A DNA stretch of 64,000 nt from Octopus vulgaris (GCA_951406725.2 OX597819.1:84444001-84508000); one strand, 5' to 3'. Numbered from the stretch's first letter, positions 14,207 through 27,189 are shown. Translations and numbers: made by a program. The notes: generated by a model from the sequence alone, not told the origin.

Positions 14207-14271
14207 CTTCCTTTCAGCCATATTAAAAATACTGTTTGCGTAGTGAATTTTTCTCTCCAATCTAATCGCAA
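14207..14271 (+). promoter_or_regulatory. RPL36: Putative RPL36 TCT/5'TOP transcription start and non-coding exon 1
   Basis: CTTCCTTTC pyrimidine tract (14207-14215) followed by GCCAT, typical of ribosomal-protein gene starts. Candidate donor GTAATC at 14272 would give a 165-nt intron to the 14436 acceptor. Confidence 0.5.
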
Positions 14272-14438
14272 GTAATCTCACGTTTTAATTATGTTTAATT
14301 TATTTCAAAATAATTGCTAATTTGCTCCTGTTAATGTAGATGTTGATTATAATTTTAGTTTAATTGTTAACATTTATTATACCACATACCATAGCTTTAA
14401 TTAACCACGCTAATTTTTTTTTTTTTACCTTTTCAGAA

Positions 14439-14534
14439 ATGGTAATTCGTTGCGATTTGGCCATTGGCCTGAAGAAGGGTCATAAGGTTACAAAATTACC
14501 TGGTCGAAAATTGAAACCTTCCAGACGAAAGGAT
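14439..14534 (+). CDS. RPL36: 60S ribosomal protein L36 (eL36), first coding exon
   Basis: Polypyrimidine tract and tttcAG acceptor (AG at 14435-14436), ATG at 14439. Translates MVIRCDLAIGLKKGHKVTKLPGRKLKPSRRKD, matching the eL36 N-terminus GLxKGHKVT. Phase-0 GTAAGT donor at 14535. Confidence 0.95.
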
Positions 14535-15056
14535 GTAAGTTTATATTCAGATTCTACATTTCATGCCTCACACTCATTGCTACAATGAAACACGTGTTTG
14601 AAAATACCTACAGTAATATCTATCATTACTATTATTTGCATTTCGATATCTCCATATTAATTGTATTCTCATATATTTAGTTCATTTCAGCGAGATAAAC
14701 TCGCCGACCCAGCTAAAACAATCGTCTGAGTATAATAGAAACTGTCGTATCATTAATAAGATTTATGAGCGGTAAACAATTTATAGTGAACGATGTACTG
14801 AAGTGTTGGTCACACTGGAACGTCTTCGCGTTATTCTTTCTATAAAATTTAGATTTGTTACAGTCAGTATATTCACAATACTGAGCAATATATGCACAAA
14901 TACTAATTACATGTCACCGTGTCCGTTTTGGTTTTACATTTTGCTTCTGAAACGTTTCAGCGTATGCGAAACAAGTAATGTTATAGTTCTGGTATTTTGA
15001 TTTTCACTGTTTTGAGTTGCCACGTATATGTATGTATGCTTCGTTTATAGTGTTTC

Positions 15057-15282
15057 AGGTGAAAGTAAAGAATACGTACATCCTTTATTTAGGGTTAGGG
15101 TTTTTGTTACGCCGAAAACGGGTGGTGTACGTATTCTTTACCTCCGCCATGTTTCATTTGCGGGACGGTTTCAGAATTCGAGCATGTAGCATTGCAGTGC
15201 ACGATGATCCTTGTATATTGTGCTCGTTTCGCTTCGACAACAAGCACTTATCACTTTGTTTGGCGGTCGGCGAAATGCACCT
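15057..15282 (+). other. Multi-hairpin structured element in RPL36 intron (candidate splicing-regulatory RNA or ncRNA)
   Basis: Perfect 16-bp stem 15065-15080/15126-15141. Further stems 15143-47/15160-64, 15179-84/15221-26 and 15227-44/15255-75, all closed by AGGTG (15057-61)/CACCT (15278-82). G-U pairs favour the + strand. Confidence 0.5.
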
Positions 15283-17223
15283 CCTTGGATTTTGGCCAGG
15301 AATTTAGATGTATTATCCACATTAATTTTTGTTTTGAATCAAATTAAATACCCTATTTAAACTAGCATTTTGTGTGGACTCTGTAGAACGTGTATCCTTA
15401 GACTGTGGCCATGAATTTTTAGTCGAATGAATGGACTCCAGAACTTAATTTTTTAAAGCCTGGTACTTATTCTGTCGGTCTCTTTCGCTGAACCGCTAAG
15501 TTACAAGGACGTAAATATCAACACCTGCTGTGAAACGGTGTTGGTATATACACACACACGTTTGTACGACAGGCTTCTTTCAGTTTCCGTCTACCAAATC
15601 AACCCACAAGGTCGGTTCGGGGCTATAATAGAAGACACTTGTCCAATGTTCCATGCAGTGGGACTGAACCTGGAATGATGTGGTTGAGAAGGAAGTTTCT
15701 TAACACAAGCCACCTGCACCTAATCATTACAACTGGTTCTCATCAGTGGCCCATTCGGCCCAGATTGGATTTTGTTGTAAAAGATTATGTGCAATAAATT
15801 TGTTATTCCTGCAATACACAAAGTATTTCAATAATTTTTAAATATGATTTCTAATTATAATTATAAAAATGCAATAGGATTTTTTAAATCTAGAATGGTT
15901 ATGAGGATCTAGTCAAGTAAAATAGGAATCAGGAACTACAGGCAAAAGATAATTGAAAGGAAATATTTTTTTTGCTGTTCACAAAACAAAAATGACTTAG
16001 CTTCGGCAGTTAAGCTATCCCACCAGTATAAAAAAAATTCAGGCCTTGCAGCCTTGTAAAGCATTCTATTCTTCTTACATAACACATTAACTGTGTTGTA
16101 TATAGTGTGCATCAGTAAAAGACAATTATTAATGATAATAATGAAATTATTGTATACAGTGCTCAGGTGCACCACAACTGCTCCTGCATCCACTACAATC
16201 CGTTCTGTCAAGGAAAGATAAAACAGTTGCTAAACTCGTATTTAGATGTTTATTTCATGATGCAATTCAAGTGAAATTTGATGGCAAATTTTTAAAAAGT
16301 ATACTACTATAGGTACATGACTAGACTAATATACTACTATAGGCACTTGACTAGATCCTGTCGGAGCCCTTCCCCATCTCCAACGGCATAAAGCAGGGTT
16401 GTGTCCTAGCACTGACTCTCTTCAGCATGATGCTCAAGCATGCAACTGAAGATCTGGAGACTGGGGAATATTGTCAGGTACCGTCTGGATGGCAGCCTCT
16501 TCAATCTACGGCGCCTCAAGACCCAGGAGAGGCTGATCTGAGACCTCTCTTCACATACGATGCTGCTGTTGTCGCCCACTCAGAGCAAGCTCTGCAGCTC
16601 ATCATGTCCTGCTTTGCGGACGCCTCGCGACTCTGGCCTGGAGGTCAGCCTCGAGAAGACGGAGATACTTCACCTGCCTGCCCCACATCACTATCTGCAG
16701 TACCAAACTGAAATCAACACAGTTCACATACCTGGGCTGCGTCTTCTCATCTGATGCAGGGATTGACAATAGACTCTCTAAGGCAAATAGCTCCTTTGGT
16801 AGATTGTACAAACATCTTTGGCACAAGAATAACCTAAAGAACAAAACAAGGATCAGCGCCTACAGGGCCGTGGTTATCACCACTCTCTTCTACAGCTCAG
16901 AGACCTGGGTCACATATCACAGTCACATCTGTCTCCTCGAGCGCTTCCACCAGGGATGTCTCTGCACCATCCTCAACATACACTGGAGTTACTTCGTCAC
17001 AAACATTGAAGTTTTGGAGCAGGCTGAAATCCCCAGCATAGAAGCCATGCTACTGAAGTACCACCTCGGATGGGCAGGGCATGTCTTTGGAATGGAGAAC
17101 CATCGCCTTCCTAAGATTGCCCTGATTGGCAAAGTCTCTCACCACATGTCGTGTTGACCACCAATGCTGGGCAGACCGTCATGCATGGCACCACACAATC
17201 TTCAATGCGGTCAACAAGTTTAA

Positions 17224-18602
17224 CCCTTTCGTTACTATATTTCTGACCCTTATGTGTTTCAATTAATTTCTAACATAATCATAAATTTAGTCTGGTTTCA
17301 TTAACCCTTTAGTGTTCGCATTCTTCTGCCAAAATCAATGCCTTTTTATCCACATTGTTTTGAACTAATCACGCATTATCTTGTAGCTATGAGATTTTGA
17401 TGAGGTAGCTGTTAATTTTTAAACCGATATAGTAGGGTTGGTGTGAGAGACCAGATCTGGCCAGTTTGAACATAAAACAGGCAGAATACTTTTGGCCAGT
17501 TTAAATGCTAAAGGGTTAAACAACTATAACTTTTTTATTTATCAATATATAAATGTGATTTTTGGAAGATAATTTAATGAAATGTTCTCAACCAATTCTA
17601 TACTATAATTTTTGTCACAAAGTGACTCTAATTGCAGGTAGATACAGGTAAATTCAACAAAATACAAAATTAGTAAAATTTTTGTTCAAACATCGCTATA
17701 GAAAATGGGTTATTAGCTAATATTCAATTGGGTATACAACAAAATTTTACTATAGAATTTGTTATTCTGGGTAACTTTCTGATACTCATAATAATATTTA
17801 TGGCAAAATAGGCCTTAATTTCATTTACGGTTGTGGGAAATCACAAACTATCCTTTCTTTCACTTTGTTTACTTTTAGCGTAACGGTTCGTTTCCGCCAT
17901 AATTTTCTGATACCCATAATAATATTTATGGCAAAATAGGCCTTAATTTCATTTAAGGTTGTGGGAAACAACAAACTATCCTTTCTTTCGCTTTGTTTAC
18001 ATTTAGCGTAACGGTTCATTTCCGCCGTAATGATTTCAAATAGGCTCATTTGAAAAAGTAAAAAGATATAGTCTAAGGCTTTACTCTCCTAGGAAAGACT
18101 GTGGCTTGGTCCAGTTTCTTCAGAAAAATCACTGAAAGAAACAGTTTTTAAATTTTCACTCCATTCAGGTGCCAATTCATTTTCTTTATCGCTGTCGGAG
18201 CTCTCGGATTCATTATCAAATACCACGTGCTTTTTTTTTCAGTCATAGAGTTAGATTTATCAGGGTCTTCAGTAGAAAATCCTTCGAATTCTGACTCGCT
18301 GCTTGATTGATATAATGAAATTCGTATCCATTTTTTGTCAGAATTACAAATTTTGAAAACACAATAGGAACAAATTTCTGAAAAAAAATCTCCCAAAATT
18401 CACGGAATTAAAATTACACTTCGATCATTGTACAAAACTGTAGATGAACTGTTTACGAAGTATAATCACGTGTTTTCACGAATGTACTAAAGAGATTTGC
18501 TCTGATATTCTCATTTAAATATGAATAGCTAATTACGGGCGGCATGGTCACATGAACCAAAATTTTTTTCAGGCGGCTTTGGGCGGTTTGGTAACGAAAG
18601 GG
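17224..18602 (-). mobile_element. Internally deleted piggyBac element
   Basis: TTAA|CCCTTTCGTTAC ... GTAACGAAAGGG|TTAA. Transposase remnants SSESEFEGFS and LFEIITAEMNRYA...PTTLNEIKAYFAINIIMG. Internal ~120-bp duplication at 17785-18025. Confidence 0.85.
17305..17515. mobile_element. TTAA-targeting MITE (piggyBac-type ends) nested in the piggyBac derivative
   Basis: TTAA|CCCTTTAG...CTAAAGGG|TTAA. Same family as 1995-2214, ~23010-23177 (partial) and 63525-~63745. Confidence 0.8.
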
Positions 18603-19922
18603 TTAAAGAACACAGAAGTGATGTGCATAAAGACGAGACGCAGGAAGAAGGCCAGAGCCACCTCTAACATCACACTGGATGTTACCTTTGTGGATACTGC
18701 TCACAGACCTGCCTTTGCTGCATTGGACTTGTCAGTCATGAGCGTGCCTGCAGATGATGTGGACAACCTTCCTAATCTTCGTTCGCAAATCCAAGCCATG
18801 ACTGGCATGGCTGTGTGGTAACAAGCTTGCTTCCCAACCACATGGATTTGGTAGACAGAAACTGAAAGAAGTCCGTCATATATGTGTGTCTGAGTTTGGC
18901 AAAAGAGACTGATCAAATAATTACCAGGCTTTCAAAAAAGTACTGGGAGGGGCAGATCCATTCAACTAAAATTTCAAGGCAGTGCCCCAGCATGGCCTGA
19001 AACTAAAGAATAAAACAACTTGTTTCATTATCATTGTCATATAATGTCCATGTTGGATGATTTGACAATGACTGCATCATGTTCTCATGTCTGGGTGCTA
19101 GCACTATTAAGCCACATTATAGATCGCAAGTCTTGTGTGTGCTGAAGTCTTATGTTAGTTGCTGTTAAGGGAAGAGCTTATGATGGAGCAGGTTGTGTGG
19201 CTGGGGAGATAAGTGGATGGTAGGTAGGTAAGCTACATTTGTCAAGATTGGGTAAAATTGTAGGGAGTGGGGCAGTGTGAGTATGGGGGATTGATTGAGA
19301 TGCTCATGTATATATATACACCCTATACATACACACACACAATATACCCATGCAGTGCTTCCAAAAGTCAGTTTTCACGAGAAACTCATATTGCCAGGGT
19401 CTTGAAAGTAAAATTTTCAGAAATACTCCATAAATTGGGTAGAACAAACAAAAGAAATATGGCTTTATACATGAGTATATATAGTCTGTTATTTTTGACA
19501 GAAATTAAGGCGGCGAGCTGGCAGAATCGTTAGCATGCCAGGCGAAATGCTTAGCAGTATTTCGTCTTCCGCTATGTCCTGAGTTCAATTTCCGCTGAGG
19601 TCGACTTTGCCTTTCATCCTTTCGGGGTTGATTATACAGAGTATATTGGGTGCATTTTACATAGCACTGGCACAGGGCTCATGGAGGATGGGTCAGTAAA
19701 TTGAAATTATTTTGATCCATTATAAGAAGTAAGGGAGCAATTTATCACACTTTATCATATGCATAACTATCTGGTCCTTGACTACTGGCATTTTCTAATT
19801 CCTGTTCTGTGGCATGTTACTCATTACACATGCATAATTGTGTTTTCCTGGCTGTGCCATAAAGTAAATGAAAATGTGTTTTTATTTCTCATTATTATAT
19901 GAAGATTTTGTTATCTTTTCAG

Positions 19923-20057
19923 AGGTCATCTAAGCACATGAAATTTGTCAGGGATCTTGTCCGTGAAGTTGTGGGATTCTCTCCATATGAAAAAAGATGT
20001 CAAGAATTGTTGAGAATTTCAAAAGACAAAAGAGCTCTAAAATTCTGTAAGAAAAGG
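19923..20057 (+). CDS. RPL36: 60S ribosomal protein L36, second coding exon
   Basis: ttttcAG acceptor. Translates [45 protein letters not shown], the eL36 core. GTGAGT donor at 20058. Confidence 0.97.
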
Positions 20058-20882
20058 GTGAGTTGAAGCATTTTAAATTTTGTTTTAATGTCAATGATGG
20101 CTTCCTAGATTCAATTTACAAATTTTTAGAAACCTTTAACTTTAGCAAAAATTAATGCAGATATTTGAAATAGTGGATTAATTTTCTGAAATCCAAAAAG
20201 CAAACATGCTTTGAACATTGATTAGGTGGTAAAGGACAAATAAATGTGCTTAGCCACATATTTAATCTACACAATATGAAACCTATAAGTATTTTATGAA
20301 CCTGTTGTGGAGGAACCGTATGGGATGAAATGGTGAGGCATGATCTTCAAACTTTGGGCCTCACAGAGGCAATTACTAGTGACTGAGACCTTTGGCAATA
20401 TGCTGTGCTTGAGAAGACCTGTCAGACCAAGTGAAATCATAGTTGTGGCCAAGCTGGTGCCGCGTGAACAGCACCCGTGCCATTGGCATGTGAAAAGCAC
20501 CTTTTGAGTGTTGGCCCTCACAGAGGCAATGACTGAGACCTTTGGTATTATGTTGTGCTTTTGTATTATGTCAAACCAAGTAAAATTGCAGTCATGGCAG
20601 ATACTGGTGTCACACAAATGGCATGTAAAGACGTCCATTACACTCTCCTAGTGGTTGGTGTTAGGAAGGGTATGCAGCCTTCCAGCTGGCCAGCCCTGAT
20701 CAAACTGTCCAACCCATGCCAGCATGGACAATGGACACTAAATGCTGATGATAGAATCATTGGTTCAAAATTTTCTAATGTTGAGCATGACATGGGAATG
20801 CCCATGCCTCTTGGGAAGAATAAATACTACAAATTATATTTTTGTGCAAATGCTCCAGTTTATTGATTTTGAAGTGCTGTAC

Positions 20883-21580
20883 ATCATCATCATCATTTAA
20901 CGTCCGCTTTCCATGCTAGCATGGGTTGGACGGTTCAACTGGGGTCTGGGGAGCCCGAAAGCTGCACCAGTCCAGTCAGATCTGGCAGTGTTTCTACAGC
21001 TGGATGCCCTTCCTAACGCCAACCACTCCGAGAGTGTAGTGGGTGATTTTATGTGCCACCGACACAGGTGCCAGACGAGGCTGGCAAACGGCCACGCTCG
21101 GATGGTGTTTTTTATGTGCCACCGACACAGGTGGCAGACGGCCACGCTTGGATGGTGTTTTTATGTGCCACCGACACAGGTGCCAGATGAGGCTGGCAAA
21201 CGGCCACGATCGGATGGTGCTTGTTACGTGCCCACAGCACGGAGGCCAGTCGATGCGGTACTGGCTACGGCCACGTTCGGATGGTTTTATTGTGTGCCAC
21301 GTGCCACCGGCACTGGTACCACAAAGATACAAATTCCATTGATGTTCATCTATTTTGATTTGTTTTGATTTGATTTTCACTTGCCTCAACAGGTCTTCAC
21401 AAGTGTCACAAGAAGGAAGGTATGCACAGGTGGACTGACTACGTCCCAGGTAGGGGCCATGGGTTATGGCCTGACTAGTCTTGCCGGGTCTTCGGATGGT
21501 GTTTTTATGTGCCACCGACACAGGTGCTAGATGAGGCTGGCGAACGGCCACGATCGGATGGTGTTTGTCATGTGCCATAG
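20883..21580 (-). mobile_element. RTE LINE 3'UTR fragment in RPL36 intron
   Basis: (CAT)n followed by ttaacgtccgctttccatgctagc..., with ~60-bp internal tandem units. Confidence 0.8.
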
Positions 21581-21958
21581 GCACAAAATATAAATACGCA
21601 GATATTGACATGTATCCTCAATTTCCATCTACCAGCTTATTTTAATATGACCCAATATGATGTCTGCAAAGTTTGAGCAATAGGATGTGCCAAATTTCTC
21701 TAACACTTAGCTACATTGTTTAGAGAGAGTGAGTATGGTTAATCTAATCAACTCTCAGAGGATGACAAAGTAAAATCAACTTGGATATTTATAATTCATG
21801 AACAGAGGTATAACTAAATAGCATAAGGCAATTAGTCCACTGCTGCTATTTCTGCTTTTAACCCCTTTGCTACCATATTTCTGTTGAAATCAACTGCTTT
21901 TGTTTCAGTTCATTTTTTTGATGCACAATGTTTATTGCTATTTACTTTCTGATTTCAG

Positions 21959-22066
21959 CTTGGAACACATTTACGTGCCAAAGCCAAACGTGAAGAAATG
22001 CAAATTATGTTGCAGAAAATGAGAAAAGCACAGCAACAGGCAGCAGCCGCAGCATCACATAAATAA
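21959..22066 (+). CDS. RPL36: 60S ribosomal protein L36, last coding exon
   Basis: tttcAG acceptor. Translates LGTHLRAKAKREEMQIMLQKMRKAQQQAAAAASHK*, containing the GTHxRAKxKREE signature. The spliced protein is 112 aa. Confidence 0.97.
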   Translation, partial: LGTHLRAKAKREEMQIMLQKMRKAQQQAAAAASHK

Positions 22067-22070
22067 TTCT

Positions 22071-22090
22071 ATTAAAAAAAGTGGAATAAA
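22071..22090 (+). terminator. RPL36 polyadenylation signals
   Basis: ATTAAA (22071-22076) and AATAAA (22085-22090) just after the stop codon, consistent with a very short 3'UTR. Confidence 0.7.
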
Positions 22091-25021
22091 ATATGAAAAT
22101 TTAAGACTGTAATCTATGCGTTTTTAAATGCTTTCAGGCTGTGGTATTTTGTCCAGGGAAAGTTTCCTTGAGACATAGTGTGTTAGATACCTCAAAATCA
22201 GGTGAAATAAACCATTCCATAAGTGAATGAGTACAGTAGATATCGATATTGCTCTGTTATTTAAGCTCATTGGTACCATAGACTTAGTCACCCTCAAAAT
22301 CATTTCAGTCAGGTCCATATAATAAGCATGGGAAAATGCTCATTAAAACAATGGTTTTTGCAGTTTGACAGGCTTCATCTTGAATATTGTACCTAGTGAT
22401 TGAAGTAATGATATTTTTATCATTTGATGTTCACATATCACAATTACTACACTTCATGGTTTCCTTGCACAATGTTACATCTGAACGTTTCTGAATTTAT
22501 TAAATTCTATAAAAATGTTTACCACAGATAAAATTTCAATGAGATTGTTCTTCAATCAGCTACCTACTTTCAAATCTAGACATCAGTTTTTGTCAATGAG
22601 ATACAAAAAATATCAATCCTCTAAATGGTTGCTCAGCCTGAATGAAAAAATACCTTGCACTTACAGTACAATAGTTATACATAACTCTTGCTCGGTTGTA
22701 GATAATTTTGCTTTGGTAATTATACAACATAAACATGCCTTTCCTCTTGTTTGTAAGTAAAGTTAGTAACAAGACAATATCTAGTTCTTTGGATAATGGC
22801 ACAAAAGTCTACCTAGAAAGTGTTGGCATTACTTCCTATCTTATTTAGTCATACTTTATTTGAATTAATTTATAAAATTCCATGTTAATTTAGATAAATT
22901 TTGCCTTTCCACATATATCATAATATATATATAAATATAACCTGTCTGATAAAGCAGTAATTCTTAAGAACTGATACTGGATAGACAGAAATCTTCAACA
23001 TATCGTCTCTTTTAGCACTTTAGTATTCAGGTTACTCCTGAAATTTAATGCTTAACTATCCACATTTTTTAGTTAATTATGCACTATCTTGTAGCTTTGA
23101 GATTTCAATGATGTCATTGTTTATTTTTAGAATGACACTGCAGGTGGAATATTTGACCTGGTTTAAATACTAAAGGGTTAATATTACTGGTATGATAAAA
23201 TGGACTTGTTCCATGCTGTAATGAGATTAGCAGTAAGGCAAGGGCATTCCACTATTGAAATAACATACACAACAAAGGCAGTTTTTGTGTTGCTATGTGT
23301 GTACTAGGTGATGAACTGCAACGCATGAAAACAGAGACAAACTGGTAATGATGTCGAATAGTTTTATAAAACACTATTTCAATTTCCCTTCTACTAATTA
23401 GTGTATTTAGGTAAGGGTACAAGCTTTCAGGAGTGGTTATAGTTTATTGAATTGGTCCCCAGTACATACCTGACATTTCAATGTCCTTAGAAGGATAAAG
23501 AGCAGAACAACAGAAAAGCTAAGTTCTTTAGGAACTTCTAGTTTGACATTTTTTTTTTTTTATAACCAGTAAGCAAGTGTGAAAGAATATCAATTGTTAT
23601 TGTGAATTCATTAGATAACCCTTTCTACAACAGATACAAAGCCTGAAATTTTGGGGAAAGGGGCTAGTCAATTAGATCGTTCCCAGTGCTCAACTGGTAC
23701 TTAATTTATTAACCCTGAAGAGATGAAAGGTGAAGTTTGGACTCAGGATGTATGAAATGTTATGTATTTTGTGTAGTGTGCCAACAATGCTGTTGGCTTG
23801 CCACTTAAACTCATTCAATAATAATGGTTTCAAATTTTGCCACAAGGCCAGCAGTTTTAGGGGGAAATGGTAAGTTAATTACCTGGCCCTCAGAGCTCAA
23901 CTAGTACTTATTTTATTGACCCAAAGGATGAAAGGCAAAGTCAACCTCAGCAGAATTTGAACTCAACATGAAGATTGCTGAAATGCCACAAAACTGTTTG
24001 GCTTATTAATGATTCTGTTGGCTCATTGCCCTAATTCAGTAGATGATAATGGGTTCAGATTTTGGGGAGGTGGTGTAAACTAATTGCATCAACCCCAGAC
24101 TTCCACTGATATTTATTTTGTCAATCCTAAAACAATGAAAGGCAAAATGTTAAGATGGACGAAATTCCACTAAGCACTTCACTTAGTGTGTTAAATATTC
24201 AGTAGATAAGATGGTGGTGACAATATATTCACATACATATAAGTATGACAAATACGAAAGACTCGTTAATAGCTCATTATGTATGTGTATTGCTGGCAGA
24301 ATTGTTAGAATGCGTAGAAAATGCTTTGTGGTAGGTCTTCCATGCCTTTATGTTCTAAGTTCAAATCATACTGAAATCGACTTTGCCTTTCATTTCTCCA
24401 GGTTCAATAAAGTACTAGACAGACTCTTATTTCAAATATTTTGTTTACTCCTTTCAGTGACCAGTCATACTGGTTCTCAACATTCGGCTTGGAGATCAGG
24501 AAGTCTCCTCAGGTCAAAGCTCAAGTACAGCATATATGCAATTAAAATATCACAAAATGGTTTCTCAAAGTCAAGCCAACCAACAGTAGACCAAGTGAGA
24601 TGTTTAGATAATAGCCATTGTCTCAGTTGGGCATGCTTGGGAACCCAACTGGAAAGTTTAATCATAGTGGTTTCTAATAGGGCTCTATGGAAAAGGTGTC
24701 TGAGGACTCTATCCCCATCACCTTCACAGGAATAGTTGACAGAGAAGGCAGATGGATATTCAGCTTCTAGCTGTGATCCTACTGCATTACATCATAACTG
24801 CAACATTGAACATCTTGTATCTCATAGGCAATTTTAACATGAGCTTCAATTTCTAGATTGTGTATGAAATCTTTTTGAAGGGAAACATAACACAAACTTA
24901 AGAAACAGGTGAGGGTTGAAGATGAGAAAGGTATCTGGCTGCAGAGAATCCACCTCAACAAATTCCATCCAACCCAAGTGAATACATTAAAACTCTGCTG
25001 CTGCTCATGATGATATGTATA

Positions 25022-27189
25022 TAGGTGGTCATTGTCAACTTACAACCAATCGACTTTACGACAATTGGTGCACCACCTAGCAACAATAATAAATAATCCA
25101 GCTGAAGTCTAATGGGTTTAATTTCATAGAAATTAACCCGTCTACGCATGATGTCAGCTAACAAATGCTTGCCCTAGGTTTGGTTATTGATCACCACTGG
25201 TTATCCTAAGACATCGAGGCAACCTCAAATTTTTTTATAAGACAACTACTTGAGACTGAAATTTTTGACTAACACCAGGCATGACTCTTTCAGTGACTGT
25301 TTTGTCTGATAGTTTTTCAAACAATATACTATAAAATGTCTACAAGGAAGAAATTGTTTTCATCTGCTCCTCAAACTTCCATGAAGCAAAGAAAGGTCAT
25401 CAACCTTTACACAAAAACGATGGTGATTAGACAGCACGAAGGAGGAAAGTAAGTGAATGAGATCTCATGTAAACTGAAGTTATCACACTCTACTGTTTCA
25501 ACAATTTTGAAGGATAAAGAAAGGATTCGTGAAGTTGTGAAAGGTTTAGCACCTGTACAATTTACAGTTATAACAAAGCAGCAGACTGGGCCCATCCACA
25601 AAATGGAAAAATTGCTACAAATTTGGATTGAATATCAGATGCAAAAACAGATACCGTTAAGTCTTTTCAGTGTTGTAAAGGAGCGTTCTGAAGAATACAG
25701 TCAAGAATTTTTAACAAGAACTGGTTCAAAAGATTTAAAGAAAGTTCCAACTTCATAATGTTTGAGTGACTGGACAAGTGGCAAGTGCAGATTAGGAAGT
25801 AGCTGGTAAATTTGTTAGCTATTTGAACGAAATAATTACGGATGAAGGCTATCTAGCAGAGCAGATTTTTAACATAGATGAAACAGGAGTGTTTTGGAAA
25901 TGCATGCCAGCGCGCACTTACATCAACAGAGAAGCCAAATGCATGCCTGGATTTAAAGCGATTAAGGACAGACTGACTCTGCTGCTTGGCAGGAACTTTG
26001 TAGGGTCTAAGATGAAACCTTTCTTAATTTACCACTCAGAAAACTCGCATGCATTCAAGAATGTAGATAAGCACACATTACCCATTTATTTTCGTTCTCA
26101 GCCTAAAGCATAGATGACATGAGGACTGGTTTCTGAATTGTTTTATTCAAGTTCATGGATATTGTTTGGAGAGAGGAATTCCTTTGAAGATTTTATTGCT
26201 TCTGGATAATGTGCCTGGACATCTATCAGATCTTTGTTCCAACATAAAAGTGGTGTTTTTTCTGTTGAACACAACTCCACTCATCCAGCCAGTGGATCAA
26301 AGTTCAATTGCTATACTGTTGGCTAACTATCTTCAAGCCATAGAGCCACCAACCAAGGACTATCACCACAAGAATTTTGGATTGGATAAAGTACAATATT
26401 CTGACATTTATCAAGAATATTGCTACCACTTGGAAAGCTGTTACAAAGAAATGCATGAAAGGCGTCTGGAAAAATTGTGTTGGAAAATGCCTTGTTGACA
26501 CTCTTGATGGATTTAACAGTGAACATGAACTTGAAATGATTCACAGGAAAATAGTAAAACTGGCTAAAGATCTGGAGTGTGTGAAGTGGAAAATATCAAA
26601 GATTTGCTAGACCAAAAATTCGAAGAACTTACAAATGAAGAGCTTATTGAATTGGAGAAAGAAGAGGTGGTACCAGAAAAGAGTTTTACTACAAAAGGAT
26701 TATCAGAAGGTTTATTTCAACTGAATAAACTTCTTGCACACTTTGAAGCAATGGACCCAAACATCGAATGATTTGCAAGGATTAAACGGATGGCATACAA
26801 TGTGTTTCATCCGTATTATGAAATTTATGAAGAGAAAAAGAAACGAACAATTCAGACAAAGCTTACCATATTTATCAAAAAACTAACTCCAGCTACTACA
26901 ACTTTTGCCTCAGTAAATGACATCAAAGATCCACTGCCAAGCACCTGTCTACAATAAATTTTTTTATAAGTTTTGAAGCTACATTGTGTATTTCTTGTAT
27001 TTGCATTCTTTGGTACTTTTCTATGAACAAATAACACTGTTGTAGTGTAATACAGAATGCTGTGCGTGACTTTTACCTGAGACTGTACCTTAAGAATGTA
27101 AAGATATAAAACAAAGCTATGTAGGCCTATAGGTCGACTTGCAATCAGTCAGTCGGAACCAATTGTGGTCGTAAGTCGATGACAACCTG
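25022..27189 (+). mobile_element. Tigger1-like (pogo superfamily) DNA transposon, degraded
   Basis: TIR-like ends (TAGGTGGTCATTGTCAACTTACAACC / GGTCGTAAGTCGATGACAACCTG) flanked by TA. Fragmented transposase with CENP-B HTH (STVSTILKDKERI), FNIDETGVFWK, KDRLTLLL, LLLLDN and TTPLIQPVDQ. Confidence 0.9.

Larger units (their letters stand above)
16355..18800 (+). mobile_element. RTE/BovB-like LINE RT fragment split by the piggyBac insertion
   Basis: GIKQGCVL, GLEVSLEKTE, YRAVVITTLFYSSETW and LGWAGHV..MENHRLPKIAL. The sequence resumes after the TTAA at 18603. Confidence 0.85.

Noticed and set aside
14685-14960. Small hairpins and CTGA motifs in the RPL36 intron as a C/D snoRNA
   Set aside because: No RTGATGA C box with a terminal stem; the short hairpins are within chance expectation.
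15089-15100. TTAGGGTTAGGG read on the minus strand as a telomerase RNA template (CCCUAACCCUAA)
   Set aside because: It is enclosed in a 45-nt hairpin loop with no adjacent pseudoknot or H/ACA domain, and the G-U pairs favour folding on the opposite strand.
20913-21611. 151-205 aa overlapping ORFs in the RPL36 intron
   Set aside because: They come from the GC-rich tandem repeats of an RTE 3'UTR and recur at 30.1, 51.4 and 58.2 kb.
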